IMG/VR virus record: IMGVR_UViG_3300042923_000281
Location: 1-64,000 of that record
Strand: one strand, 5' to 3'
DNA: 64,000 nucleotides
Shown: positions 47,425 to 56,859 of the stretch, piece after piece
Layout of the letters: every line of letters begins with the position of its first letter
Numbering within the stretch: position 1 is the first letter of the stretch
The notes under the pieces: model-generated
The model's input: only the letters and a program-made list of their open reading frames with translations
Database searches by the model: none
Told to the model about the DNA's origin: nothing
Program-made: the position numbers and the translations under genes

Positions 47425-48458
47425 ATCAAAAGACCATTTACGTCAAGACCACCGGTACTTGCAACCTGAACTGTCAGCACTGTTTCACCAACGGGAAGAA
47501 CGGGGATAAGACCCACTTCAACCCAGAGGCGACAGTGGCCTGGATCAAAGACTTTATGTCTCGGTATCCGGAAGACACTCATTACCACATCGAATTCCAC
47601 GGCGGGGAGCCTTTCCTTGTGCCGCTGGAGAAGATGAAGATCGTAGCCGATGCGTTCATTGAACAAGAGAACGTGTCCATGTGTGCCAACAGCAACTTGA
47701 CCTTCAAGCTGACTGACGCGCACATCGACTTCATCAAGCATTATTTTGGTGGTTACATTGGGACCAGTTGGGATCATTGGATTCGCTGGAGCAACGAGAA
47801 GCAGGTGAACCTGTGGAAGAGTAATCTTCGGTTGCTGAACTCCCACGACATTGACATTGGTCTCAAGGTGTCTGTCAGTCGTCCTCTTATCGAGACCACG
47901 CCTGATTGGTTCCTCGATCAGATGGAGGCCATTGCGGTGGACGATGTGTCACTGGAGCGTTTGACCCATGACGGCAGTGCTGAGGTCAATCCAGACATCT
48001 TCCCCAACAACGAGGCTCAGGATAACTGGTACCTCGCGCTTTATTTGCGTTACAAAGAACGGAACCCACGCGTAAAGATTCGCACCTTGGACATCATCGA
48101 GCAAAAGCTCAAGATGAAGATGGTGAAGGTCGACACCAACTGCCGTAACTGTGAGCAGAACCTTGTGACCATGAACCCAGACGGGTCGTTGTCCGGTTGC
48201 CCTAACGCAGCCACCAAGCTTCACCATGCCAAGTTAGAACAGGGCGTCGATGCGTTCCTTCAATCCGAATCTCGGGTCGAAGAGATCGTGACTGAATTGA
48301 CGTGGGGTGATACGTGCATTACGTGCGACGTGTTCGATCTATGTGGGGGCGATTGTCATCGACTTCCATGGCAGAAAGGCCGTTGTGGTGGTCTCAAGAA
48401 CACCCTTCGTTTTTTGTCGGGTCGAACTCAACAGTCCAACCTGATTATAAAGGTGTGA
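47421..48458 (+). CDS. Radical SAM/SPASM protein 1
   Basis: CNLNCQHC, FHGGEP; C-terminal CRNC..GC..CITCDVFDLCGGDC..C. Confidence 0.9.
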   Translation: MNQKTIYVKTTGTCNLNCQHCFTNGKNGDKTHFNPEATVAWIKDFMSRYPEDTHYHIEFHGGEPFLVPLEKMKIVADAFIEQENVSMCANSNLTFKLTDAHIDFIKHYFGGYIGTSWDHWIRWSNEKQVNLWKSNLRLLNSHDIDIGLKVSVSRPLIETTPDWFLDQMEAIAVDDVSLERLTHDGSAEVNPDIFPNNEAQDNWYLALYLRYKERNPRVKIRTLDIIEQKLKMKMVKVDTNCRNCEQNLVTMNPDGSLSGCPNAATKLHHAKLEQGVDAFLQSESRVEEIVTELTWGDTCITCDVFDLCGGDCHRLPWQKGRCGGLKNTLRFLSGRTQQSNLIIKV

Positions 48459-48459
48459 T

Positions 48460-48996
48460 ATGGCCGAAGTAATTACTCGGAACCGGATGGCCGTCAATGC
48501 CAACTCCATTCTGAAGAACAACATGAACAGTGGGATCAGTTGGGGTACGAATAACTACCCTGCCAACTCCCTGCCGGGCTGGTTTGCTGGAACGACTGCT
48601 GGGGTGGACTTCACTGCCGTGGCGGGTCACTTCCAAGCCGGTAAGCCCAGTGCGTCTCAGACAGTAGCTGTGCTGCGTAACATCGCTAACACCTTTGGTG
48701 GTGTGCGGACTACGCGGATCGTCATCTACTACAACAACAACGGGAACCTGCAAGTCCAGTACGATGGAACTGCGGTGGCCAACACTATATACGGTGTAGG
48801 TGATTTCGCCTCCCAAGCCAACCTTGCTGGCCTTGGAGTGAATACTCCATTGTCCTTGAACATGTTCAACGCTGCCTGTCAGGCGCTCTGGAACGTGTAC
48901 GTGGCCAACTGCCGGAACCAAGTCCTTACTCTGACCAACACCGTTTGCCACACGAGCTGTCACACCAGTTGCCACTCGTCCCGCGGTCGTCGGTAA
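48460..48996 (+). CDS. Asn/Gly-rich protein with C-terminal (CHxS)3-RGRR tail; candidate substrate of the cluster
   Basis: 178 aa, AAGG RBS, ends VCHTSCHTSCHSSRGRR. Confidence 0.8.
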   Translation: MAEVITRNRMAVNANSILKNNMNSGISWGTNNYPANSLPGWFAGTTAGVDFTAVAGHFQAGKPSASQTVAVLRNIANTFGGVRTTRIVIYYNNNGNLQVQYDGTAVANTIYGVGDFASQANLAGLGVNTPLSLNMFNAACQALWNVYVANCRNQVLTLTNTVCHTSCHTSCHSSRGRR

Positions 48997-49013
48997 TCAT
49001 CAAGGAGAACATC

Positions 49014-49823
49014 GTGGATCAGACTACCGAAGTGGAAGTCAAGAAAGAGCCTAACAAGCTACCTGAACCGCGCTTTGCAGCCATCGAAGGCCCGCAGGTT
49101 GTCATCGAGACAACCGTACCTGTACCTATCGCCATCATGCGCCGCAAGTTCAGTGAGAACATCAAGTTCATCGTGGACTACGACAACAGTCGCCACAAGG
49201 GCAAGGTGTTCATCACGTACCTCACCAACTTGAACGTTGAGTGTGAGCTGCGCTTTGGCTCAGTGGAGTCGAAACTGGAGCTGGTGAAAGAGTACCTGCA
49301 CATCACCTCCATGGTCGACCTGCCTCAGCTGGAAGACATCGTGATCAACCTGTTGCTGGCAGCGACGGGCAAGCCGTACCACTTGGACTTCAATCCTCTG
49401 GACTTCATTCTGGAGAACGAAGCGATCCTTCAGGTATGGATGCGTAACTGCTGCATGATCCCGACGTACGCCTTGCACAGTTACCCGCCGACTGAAGAGT
49501 TGGTAAAGAACTACGAAGAGATCCCAGGCGAAGACCTGACCGGTATCAACTTCGTGCACTTGGCCAGCCACCTGATGTTCCCGATGCTGATTTCCGACGT
49601 CCCTGAAGAGCACTGGTGCTGGAACAAGACGTTCTTCAAAGAGTACTGCTTCGGTGGTCACAACCTGTTCTACTACACGCAGTCGGAGAACAACCCGTTC
49701 TTCATGGCGTTGCTGGTGGTCAGTGAGCCGGAAGCAGTGGGTGATCTGGGGATTGCAGCGGCCACTATCCTGCAAGAAAACCACACTTACCTAAAGGGCC
49801 TCGAACATGTACCATCTGCTTAA
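49014..49823 (+). CDS. Hypothetical protein (rSAM cluster)
   Basis: AAGGAG RBS before GTG at 49014; 269 aa. Confidence 0.7.
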   Translation: MDQTTEVEVKKEPNKLPEPRFAAIEGPQVVIETTVPVPIAIMRRKFSENIKFIVDYDNSRHKGKVFITYLTNLNVECELRFGSVESKLELVKEYLHITSMVDLPQLEDIVINLLLAATGKPYHLDFNPLDFILENEAILQVWMRNCCMIPTYALHSYPPTEELVKNYEEIPGEDLTGINFVHLASHLMFPMLISDVPEEHWCWNKTFFKEYCFGGHNLFYYTQSENNPFFMALLVVSEPEAVGDLGIAAATILQENHTYLKGLEHVPSA

Positions 49824-50862
49824 CCAGACGTACGTCGATACTGAAACACGGATCGACCGTACGGCCAATACGATCACCATCTCCCCGCAGGTGGGCTTCG
49901 AGTACATCCCTCAGGCCAATGAGAAGGTCGGCACCCATTTGGGTTACGGCACCAGTCTCGATGCGTTCACGCCTGAGCAGTTCCTCGACCTCATGATTGC
50001 CGCGCGTGATCTGGAAGAGAAGGTCGTCATCTACACTGATGGTAAGACCTACGCTCGCATGTACGCCATGTTGATCAAAGCGGTGTTTCCAAGCATCGAC
50101 TTCGAGAACTTCCGCTGGTTCATGCTCTGCAAGAAGGCCACCTTCAACTCGATCATCGTAGCCATGGGTGAACCCCGTGTTGACGTGCTCTCGAGTGTGG
50201 TCATCAACACAGCGCTGTGCCAAGAGCTGTTCGATAAGGAAGAGGCTCTGCAAGAGGTCTTCAACGAACTGGTGGCAGAAGACGCCGATGCACTGTCGCT
50301 GGAATGGCACATTGCTCGACTGCGTACCGAAGACATTGCGGGAAAGATCCCTAAGGCAACCAAGACCATCCTGCGTCGTATCGCTCTGTCGAACGCCCAT
50401 GATGCCATGGATGTCTGGGCACGTCACTTGACCCGTCCTGAGTTCTGGGACATGGCCGGTGCTGACATGGAAACGTTGCTCAATGCACCGTCCGTGTTTG
50501 AAGGCTGCTTGGGTCTGCCTCACCTGGCCTCTCAGCAGTTGCTGCGTCCTGGCCTGTACGACTTCCGTCCGAACGATACGTGGATCAAAGGCATGCTGCG
50601 TGAAGCAGTGGACCTGATGCACCGTCTGGAAGACGACTCGTCGGCTGACCGTGCGGCTGAGATCCTGCGCTTGCTGGAAGACGACCGGAACATGGTAGAG
50701 GCAGCTAACTGCCTTGATCGTGTCAACCGGATGTTCAACGGCGAGATGCGGATTGCGTTGGCCATGCGTGACACAGGCAAGTACGACGAGAACCTCATTC
50801 GTCACATCCTGAACATGGAGCTGTCGAGCCTCAAGGCAGCTTTGGAAGGAGCGGCCTGGTAA
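49807..50862 (+). CDS. Hypothetical protein (rSAM cluster)
   Basis: 351-aa ORF overlapping both neighbours. Confidence 0.75.
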   Translation: MYHLLNQTYVDTETRIDRTANTITISPQVGFEYIPQANEKVGTHLGYGTSLDAFTPEQFLDLMIAARDLEEKVVIYTDGKTYARMYAMLIKAVFPSIDFENFRWFMLCKKATFNSIIVAMGEPRVDVLSSVVINTALCQELFDKEEALQEVFNELVAEDADALSLEWHIARLRTEDIAGKIPKATKTILRRIALSNAHDAMDVWARHLTRPEFWDMAGADMETLLNAPSVFEGCLGLPHLASQQLLRPGLYDFRPNDTWIKGMLREAVDLMHRLEDDSSADRAAEILRLLEDDRNMVEAANCLDRVNRMFNGEMRIALAMRDTGKYDENLIRHILNMELSSLKAALEGAAW

Positions 50863-51857
50863 TGGAACTGATCCCTGTAGTGAACATACTCAGGGAGAAG
50901 AAGGGTCGCCGTAAGGAGGCCCATCTGATCCTGTTCGAATGGTGCAACCTGCGGTGTTCCTTTTGCCATCAGGACCATGATTCCAAAGTGGGCTTCGATG
51001 CAGTTGACATGATCCGGAAAGCACAGACACTGATTGATTCGGTGGACAGTGAATCCGAGATCGTGATCAACATCACCGGCGGTGAACTGTTCATGGACGA
51101 TGTACCGGACTGGATGTTCGGCTACTACCTGACGATTGGCAAGATGCTGCTCGAGAACTTCCCTCATGCCAAACTGGTCTGGGGGACGAACTTGATCTTC
51201 AAGGACGTCTGGCGGGTAGCGCGGTTGATCCACATGCTGAGACCGTATGGCAAAGTCGTTCTGGCTACATCGTACGATCCGGCTGGCCGTTTCAATGAGA
51301 TGCAACGAGTCCGCTTCTTCGAGGTGCTTGAGGAAGTGGCTCCGTTGGTTGAAACTGTCAACGTGGTGATTACCAAGCAGAACATCGAATCGTTCCTTGC
51401 GGGGCGTGAAGGTCGTGAGGTGGCTTGGCTCTGTGAACAGTTCGACGTGTACTTCGACCACTACATCCCTAGCCAGATGTACGAGTACATTCAGCCGGAT
51501 GAAGAGCTCATCAGTGCGCTCTACCTGCACCTCAACAAGAAGTACCCCAACTCCTACCCGATCAAGGACTGGAAGGCTAACGTGATCAATGAGACCACGT
51601 GCCGCTCCACCAAGATCATCAACAAGGACGGCGTTGTCAGTACTTGTTGGTCTGAGGCGGGCAAGGGTGCGATCTTGGATGAGGCTGAAGGTCTGCGGGC
51701 TAAGGATGAAGCAGAGATTGCGTTCGTGGAACATTACGACTGCTTCTCCTGCGAGTACTACACCCGGTGTGGCTTGCGGTGCTTCCTCCATGACACTGTC
51801 TTGGGTGAGAAGTCCAAGGTGTGCAGCATCAAGACCATGTTCAAAGCAATTCTGTGA
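50862..51857 (+). CDS. Radical SAM protein 2
   Basis: CNLRCSFC, ITGGELF; C-terminal C..C..CFSCEYYTRCGLRC..C. Confidence 0.9.
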   Translation: MELIPVVNILREKKGRRKEAHLILFEWCNLRCSFCHQDHDSKVGFDAVDMIRKAQTLIDSVDSESEIVINITGGELFMDDVPDWMFGYYLTIGKMLLENFPHAKLVWGTNLIFKDVWRVARLIHMLRPYGKVVLATSYDPAGRFNEMQRVRFFEVLEEVAPLVETVNVVITKQNIESFLAGREGREVAWLCEQFDVYFDHYIPSQMYEYIQPDEELISALYLHLNKKYPNSYPIKDWKANVINETTCRSTKIINKDGVVSTCWSEAGKGAILDEAEGLRAKDEAEIAFVEHYDCFSCEYYTRCGLRCFLHDTVLGEKSKVCSIKTMFKAIL

Positions 51858-51870
51858 CACGACATACGGA

Positions 51871-51907
51871 GCATAGGGAGATGACATGGCGTCATCTCCA
51901 CTTATGC
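51871..51907 (+). terminator. GCATA...TATG hairpin inside the cluster
   Basis: GGAGATGAC/GTCATCTCC stem followed by TTATGCCGTTTT. Confidence 0.55.
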
Positions 51908-51994
51908 CGTTTTCTACACTTGGCCATACTAAACGTCCAGTGGTTATTTTTTTACATGAGGCATCTCTATGAATATATCTGGAGGGTAGCACCC

Positions 51995-52207
51995 ATGACC
52001 GATTCCATCTTGCCAATACGTCGCCGTACGCCACTCGTGCCTCGTATCTCCCGTAAACTGGGCGATGATGCGTGGCTTCGTGAGAAGCTCAAAGAAGCGC
52101 AGTGTCCAGAAGCAGAGCAACGCCGACGTGACTACCTCGGTCAATGGACCGCCCAGCCTGCTGATAAGGAAACGCCCGATGGACCTGATCGTCAAGCCGA
52201 CCGTTAA
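51995..52207 (+). CDS. 70-aa small protein
   Basis: GGAGG RBS; overlaps the start of rSAM 3. Confidence 0.55.
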   Translation: MTDSILPIRRRTPLVPRISRKLGDDAWLREKLKEAQCPEAEQRRRDYLGQWTAQPADKETPDGPDRQADR

Positions 52208-53267
52208 ATGTAACTTCAAGTGCACGTTCTGCTCGAGCACCCACCTCTCTGAAGATCCGAAAGAGATCGTAGAGCTGGAACAGATCGAGCGGTTCGTGCA
52301 ACGCTTCAATGTGAACACCATCATCGTCAACGGCGGTGATCCTCTGATGATGCCTCCTGAGTACTACTGGAGCCTCATCGAGATCCTAGACCGTAACGAC
52401 AGCGATGCGTCGATCAGCTTCACGTCCAACCTGTGGCCGTTCTACGTCAAGCCAGAGAAGTGGGAAGAACTGTTCAAGCATGAGCGCATGGGTGTCACGA
52501 CCTCCTTTCAGTACGGCGACAAGCGTCTGAAGGGCGATGGCAGTGTCTTTACCCAAGAAGACTTCCAGAAGGTCTCAGACCTCTTCCTGGAGCGCATTGG
52601 GTATCGTCCAGAGTTCATTGCGGTCATTGATCGGGACAACGAGCACACCGTGCTGGATACCGTGCGCCTAGCTAAGGAGATGGGCGTGGTGGCTAAGGTC
52701 AACTACGTCATGGGTTCAGGTCCTGAAGTGGTCCGGGGTGGCATCACCATCGGTGGACAGAACCAGTTCTTCACGCAGGCGGACATGTACGGTCACTACA
52801 TCGAGATCTACGACGCGGGTCTCATGGAGTGGGAAAGCAACACCAAGCAGATGGCCAAGCGACTTCAGCACAAGCACACCACGTGTCCACTGGCCCGTAA
52901 CTGTGATGAAGGTATCCGCACTCTGCAACCGGGTGGTGGGTACTTTTCCTGCGGTGCCTTTGCTGATGACGGCGCGTACCCGATTGACTTCGAGAAGGAG
53001 ATGACGACTGACGTGATAGCGTTGCCTCTGCGTTACGAAGCCGATCTGGATTCCATGAAGGAGTCGTGCTACACCTGCCCTATGTTTTCCATCTGCAATG
53101 GCTGCCGTAAGACCGTGGCTGACACCAAGCGGTTTGGGCTGGTTGAACACCACTGTCGCAAGATGAAAAGCCAAGCTGCCAAGATCATCGAAATCAATGG
53201 CATGTCCGCTCACCTAGAGCCGACGCCGTATGAAGACGAATCACTTCCTTTGATTGCGCGAGGTTAA
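52179..53267 (+). CDS. Radical SAM/SPASM protein 3
   Basis: MDLIVKPTVKCNFKCTFC, NGGDP; CPLARNC..C..CYTCPMFSICNGC..C. Confidence 0.9.
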   Translation: MDLIVKPTVKCNFKCTFCSSTHLSEDPKEIVELEQIERFVQRFNVNTIIVNGGDPLMMPPEYYWSLIEILDRNDSDASISFTSNLWPFYVKPEKWEELFKHERMGVTTSFQYGDKRLKGDGSVFTQEDFQKVSDLFLERIGYRPEFIAVIDRDNEHTVLDTVRLAKEMGVVAKVNYVMGSGPEVVRGGITIGGQNQFFTQADMYGHYIEIYDAGLMEWESNTKQMAKRLQHKHTTCPLARNCDEGIRTLQPGGGYFSCGAFADDGAYPIDFEKEMTTDVIALPLRYEADLDSMKESCYTCPMFSICNGCRKTVADTKRFGLVEHHCRKMKSQAAKIIEINGMSAHLEPTPYEDESLPLIARG

Positions 53268-53268
53268 C

Positions 53269-53484
53269 ATGTCCGTCCCTATCCTGGATCAAATGGCGTT
53301 CTTCCCACCCGGTCATGAACTCAAGCTTCAGATCCCTGAGGTCTTGAAGAAGATCGTGCTCAAGCGCTGTGTCGAAAGCGTTGACGACTTCCTCGACGTC
53401 GTGAGCGATTCCCGGGGTATTAAACTGAGCCCTTACCAGCGAGATTTCTACAAATGCCTAAGTCAAGAATCAACGTCTCGCTGA
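53269..53484 (+). CDS. 71-aa small protein
   Basis: GAGG RBS; fills the gap between rSAM 3 and rSAM 4. Confidence 0.55.
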   Translation: MSVPILDQMAFFPPGHELKLQIPEVLKKIVLKRCVESVDDFLDVVSDSRGIKLSPYQRDFYKCLSQESTSR

Positions 53485-54386
53485 ACCCGTGGTACTACTG
53501 CAACTTTCGGTGTGACTTCTGTTACCTCACTGAGCAGCAGTTAAGCGACAAGCGATTCATTCCGCTGGACGTCTTTGAACAACGCATTGATGAACTGCTG
53601 GAGCACTTTGAGATTGGCCACATCGACATCTACGGTGGGGAAGTCTTCCTGTTGCCTCAGCAGTACTTGATGGACATCAAAGACATTCTGCACATGCGAG
53701 GGATTGATGACATCGTCGTCGTGACCAACCTGTCGCACGTACCGGACATCGTCCACGACCCGGCATTTGACATCTCGGTGTCGTATGACTTCGGGGCGCG
53801 TGAGAAGCACGATCAGGTGTTGCAGAACATCTTCCAGCTCAGCAACAAGTTCAACATCCTGACGTTGGCAGGCCGTACGTTCTTGGATCTGGTGACTCCT
53901 GACGAGTACGTACAGACCATGAACGGGTTCCCACATCTGAAAGGCTGTGAGATCAAACCGTACAGTGCCAACCAAGCCAACGATCAGGACATCTCGTTCA
54001 AGGAGTTTGAGGAGTTCGTCTGGGCAGTCATCACCCACCCAGAGCGTAAGTTCTATTTCGAGAACGAGACTCAGGTCAAGGAAGCCGTAGAAGGCAGTCG
54101 TAATGCTTTCTCTGATGACCACATCTACATCACTCCGACTGGCGATTTCGCTGTACTGGAGTTTGACAAGGATGATCGTGAGTTCTTCCTGACCGTTGAT
54201 GGGGTTGAAGGTTACCTCAACTGGTGCGGACAAGAGTATGAGCGAGTAGCGGACAATCCGTTCTGTGCATCGTGTACGTTCCACGGCGGGTGTCTGTCTG
54301 AGCACTTGCGGGAAGTCACAACCCTTGAGAACTCCTGCAATGGGTTCAAGGGTCTCTTGTTAAAGTGGGTGGAGCATGGATCTTGA
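53454..54386 (+). CDS. Radical SAM protein 4
   Basis: CNFRCDFC, YGGEV; C-terminal CASCTFHGGCLSEH..C. Confidence 0.9.
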   Translation: MPKSRINVSLNPWYYCNFRCDFCYLTEQQLSDKRFIPLDVFEQRIDELLEHFEIGHIDIYGGEVFLLPQQYLMDIKDILHMRGIDDIVVVTNLSHVPDIVHDPAFDISVSYDFGAREKHDQVLQNIFQLSNKFNILTLAGRTFLDLVTPDEYVQTMNGFPHLKGCEIKPYSANQANDQDISFKEFEEFVWAVITHPERKFYFENETQVKEAVEGSRNAFSDDHIYITPTGDFAVLEFDKDDREFFLTVDGVEGYLNWCGQEYERVADNPFCASCTFHGGCLSEHLREVTTLENSCNGFKGLLLKWVEHGS

Positions 54387-55413
54387 ATTTGTAGAGCACC
54401 GGCAGCGGTTGGAAATCACCCTCGACATCTTTCGGGGGTGCCAACACCATTGTTCAGGGTGCATGATCGATAAGCAGTTGGGTGGGGACGTTGATGACAT
54501 TCCTCAACTGGCTGCTATGATCAAGGAAATGATGGAGGCTGGGTACGTGGCCTTTGACATGGGGATCGGTCCTACCGACTACATGTCCTCGGACAACACC
54601 AGCGACGTCATGAGTCATCCTGTCTTCCAAGAGATGGCGCAATGGTTCCATCAAGTGACGTTCAACGCAGCGTTCCTTGAGAAGGACATGGACAAGTACA
54701 AGGTGATGTGTGAGGAGATCGATGCCTCCATCCCCGGTAAGGCTGTCCGCTTCCTGATGCCGGCTGCTCCGCACTTCTTCAAGAGCGACAAGTTCGGCAA
54801 CATGATCACCGAGAAGCTTGAGTTCGTCAAAGAGCACCTGAAGGTCGCTTACTTGAACGAAGCGGGCTTTGTGGTCAACTGCACACACGAGACTGTGGGT
54901 GAGGATTTCGATGACTTGATGAAGAATGGGTTCGCTGTGGATTTCCCAGTGGACAAGGACGACATCTTGAACATCCCGTATGGTCGTCTCAAGGTCAAAG
55001 ACCTGATGACTGCTCAGCGGATCACCCGCATGTCTCACCGGATCACGCAGTTCTACTCAGGCCTCAATGGGACTGATGAGCGTCGTCGTAATCCTGACCT
55101 CTGTTACCACACCGGAACGATGGTCAATCTGCTGTACACCGGCGGTAAGCTGTATTGGGTGCCTTTTCTTAAAGACGACTGTCCGTTCCTTGAGGACGAG
55201 TTCGTCGTTCCTCGCCCCTGGTCTATGGATAACCTTCTGAACACCCGTCAGAAGGCCATGGAGCGCGCTATGGAGTATCTTAAAGACACTCCGTGCATGA
55301 GTTGCGTCTACATGAGTAGTTGTAGCGAAAAGGGGATCATCAATATCATGGAACGGATGCAGATCCGTGAATGCCTCGTGGGGTTGCAGTATGTCGACAA
55401 TGATTCAGAGTAG
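54376..55413 (+). CDS. Divergent radical SAM-like protein 5
   Basis: CQHHCSGC, no GGE motif; C-terminal CMSCVYMSSC..C. Confidence 0.7.
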   Translation: MDLEFVEHRQRLEITLDIFRGCQHHCSGCMIDKQLGGDVDDIPQLAAMIKEMMEAGYVAFDMGIGPTDYMSSDNTSDVMSHPVFQEMAQWFHQVTFNAAFLEKDMDKYKVMCEEIDASIPGKAVRFLMPAAPHFFKSDKFGNMITEKLEFVKEHLKVAYLNEAGFVVNCTHETVGEDFDDLMKNGFAVDFPVDKDDILNIPYGRLKVKDLMTAQRITRMSHRITQFYSGLNGTDERRRNPDLCYHTGTMVNLLYTGGKLYWVPFLKDDCPFLEDEFVVPRPWSMDNLLNTRQKAMERAMEYLKDTPCMSCVYMSSCSEKGIINIMERMQIRECLVGLQYVDNDSE

Positions 55414-56416
55414 AGCGTTCAACCTGACGCTTGAGATTCTACAAGGCTGTAAGTTCCAATGCGTCGGCTGTATGGTGGACAAGGACTTCGATCCCGGTCC
55501 CTTCAATAAAGACCGGCGTGAGCTGCTGGACATGGTCGATGACATGAAGGCTGCGGGCTATCGCCTGCGTGAATTCACCATCGGGCCTGTAGATGTGATC
55601 GCCTCCAAGGCCGGGGTGGACATCCTTGACCACCCGTTGATCTTCCAGTTGGCTCAGCGTTACGATTCGATGGTGTTGCCGCTGGCTCTGTTGACGGACG
55701 ACGGACTGGAGGAGCTGTGTGAGAAGGTCAACTTCCTGATGAAAGGGAAGTCCTTCACGATTGCCACCCCGTTCCCACTCAAGAGCACGTACAACCCCAA
55801 GCACCAAGAGCTGATCAACCGTCGTGTGCAGTACGTCATTGACCACCTGCCTGATGTGAAGTTCGAACTGCTCTACCTGACCGTGAACATGACCGGTGAC
55901 TCCATTGACCAGTTCAGTGTCGAGACCAATCAGGCCATTCATGAGTTGGACTTCGGGGTGAAACGGCTGGTGGAGTACGTGTTCCCTCATGTACGCAAAG
56001 GGTTCGATGACCTGATGAACCGTTCTGCCTTCCTGAGGGCTTTTGGGAAGTTCTGTGACGTGATTCACGCATGTAAGGACACAGAGTTCACCCGGTACCT
56101 GATCAAGCCTCTGGCGGACTCTCTGGAGGCCACGTATCGTTCGGGCAAGTTGTACTACACACCGACCTTGATCGAGAAGTTCCCGATCTTCCATCATGAC
56201 TTTGTCGTGCCGAAGCCATGGTGCAACGCAACCATCGAGCAGTTCGAGGAAGATCAGTACATGGAGCAGTTGGTCAACAACAGCAACAACCAACCGTGCA
56301 GCGATTGCATGCACTTGGACCGTTGTGCTCGCGGTGATGTTCAAGCCATCATGGCACACCTGTGCAGCACTGACTGCCTCGTCGACATGAAAAACCGTTG
56401 GGATGTGCCTGTATGA
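55391..56416 (+). CDS. Divergent radical SAM-like protein 6 (paralog of 5)
   Basis: CKFQCVGC; C-terminal CSDCMHLDRC..C. Confidence 0.7.
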   Translation: MSTMIQSRAFNLTLEILQGCKFQCVGCMVDKDFDPGPFNKDRRELLDMVDDMKAAGYRLREFTIGPVDVIASKAGVDILDHPLIFQLAQRYDSMVLPLALLTDDGLEELCEKVNFLMKGKSFTIATPFPLKSTYNPKHQELINRRVQYVIDHLPDVKFELLYLTVNMTGDSIDQFSVETNQAIHELDFGVKRLVEYVFPHVRKGFDDLMNRSAFLRAFGKFCDVIHACKDTEFTRYLIKPLADSLEATYRSGKLYYTPTLIEKFPIFHHDFVVPKPWCNATIEQFEEDQYMEQLVNNSNNQPCSDCMHLDRCARGDVQAIMAHLCSTDCLVDMKNRWDVPV

Positions 56417-56859
56417 TCAATGATAAATGGTGGGTCGATAAACGTTACAAGGTGGAGATCCCTGAGTGGCTTTTGGAACAGGCGTTCTGTGAAGTCAACA
56501 AGGAGTACATCGAAACTGAAACAGTTGTTGACTGGGCGCTGGAGAACATCCTGCCATTTGCTCAGAAGATGATGAGCACCCAAGACATCACAATCTGTGC
56601 CAACCATTTCCACATGGGAACGGCTGGCCTTACCCCTCATGACCACTTGCCTCATGCGTTCACGTCGATCCTGTATCTGACAGACGCTGAAGGTGAGCTG
56701 GTCATCCATCTACCGGACGGAAAGTTCATGCACGTCACACCAGAAGCAGGGTTGCTGGTTACGTTCCCTGCCCACCTGGTGCATCACGTCGAACAGTCCC
56801 CTTTTGACGAGCTTCGTGTCTCGTTGGCGAGCAACTATGAATTCACAACACCCGTATAA
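56413..56859 (+). CDS. 2OG-Fe(II) oxygenase
   Basis: PHDH, ILYL, FPAHLVHHV, RVS. Confidence 0.8.
   Translation: MINDKWWVDKRYKVEIPEWLLEQAFCEVNKEYIETETVVDWALENILPFAQKMMSTQDITICANHFHMGTAGLTPHDHLPHAFTSILYLTDAEGELVIHLPDGKFMHVTPEAGLLVTFPAHLVHHVEQSPFDELRVSLASNYEFTTPV

Noticed and set aside
48946-48981. CHTSCH as a c-type cytochrome heme-binding site
   Set aside because: The spacing is CX3CH rather than canonical CXXCH, and there is no signal peptide or ccm genes. Kept only as a minor alternative.
47421-56416. rSAM genes as QueE (7-deazaguanine), NrdG/PflA activases, MoaA or a simple sulfatase maturase
   Set aside because: No QueC/QueD/FolE/DpdA, NrdD, molybdopterin genes or sulfatase appear in the window. 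Six diverse copies with C-terminal Cys clusters fit protein maturation better.
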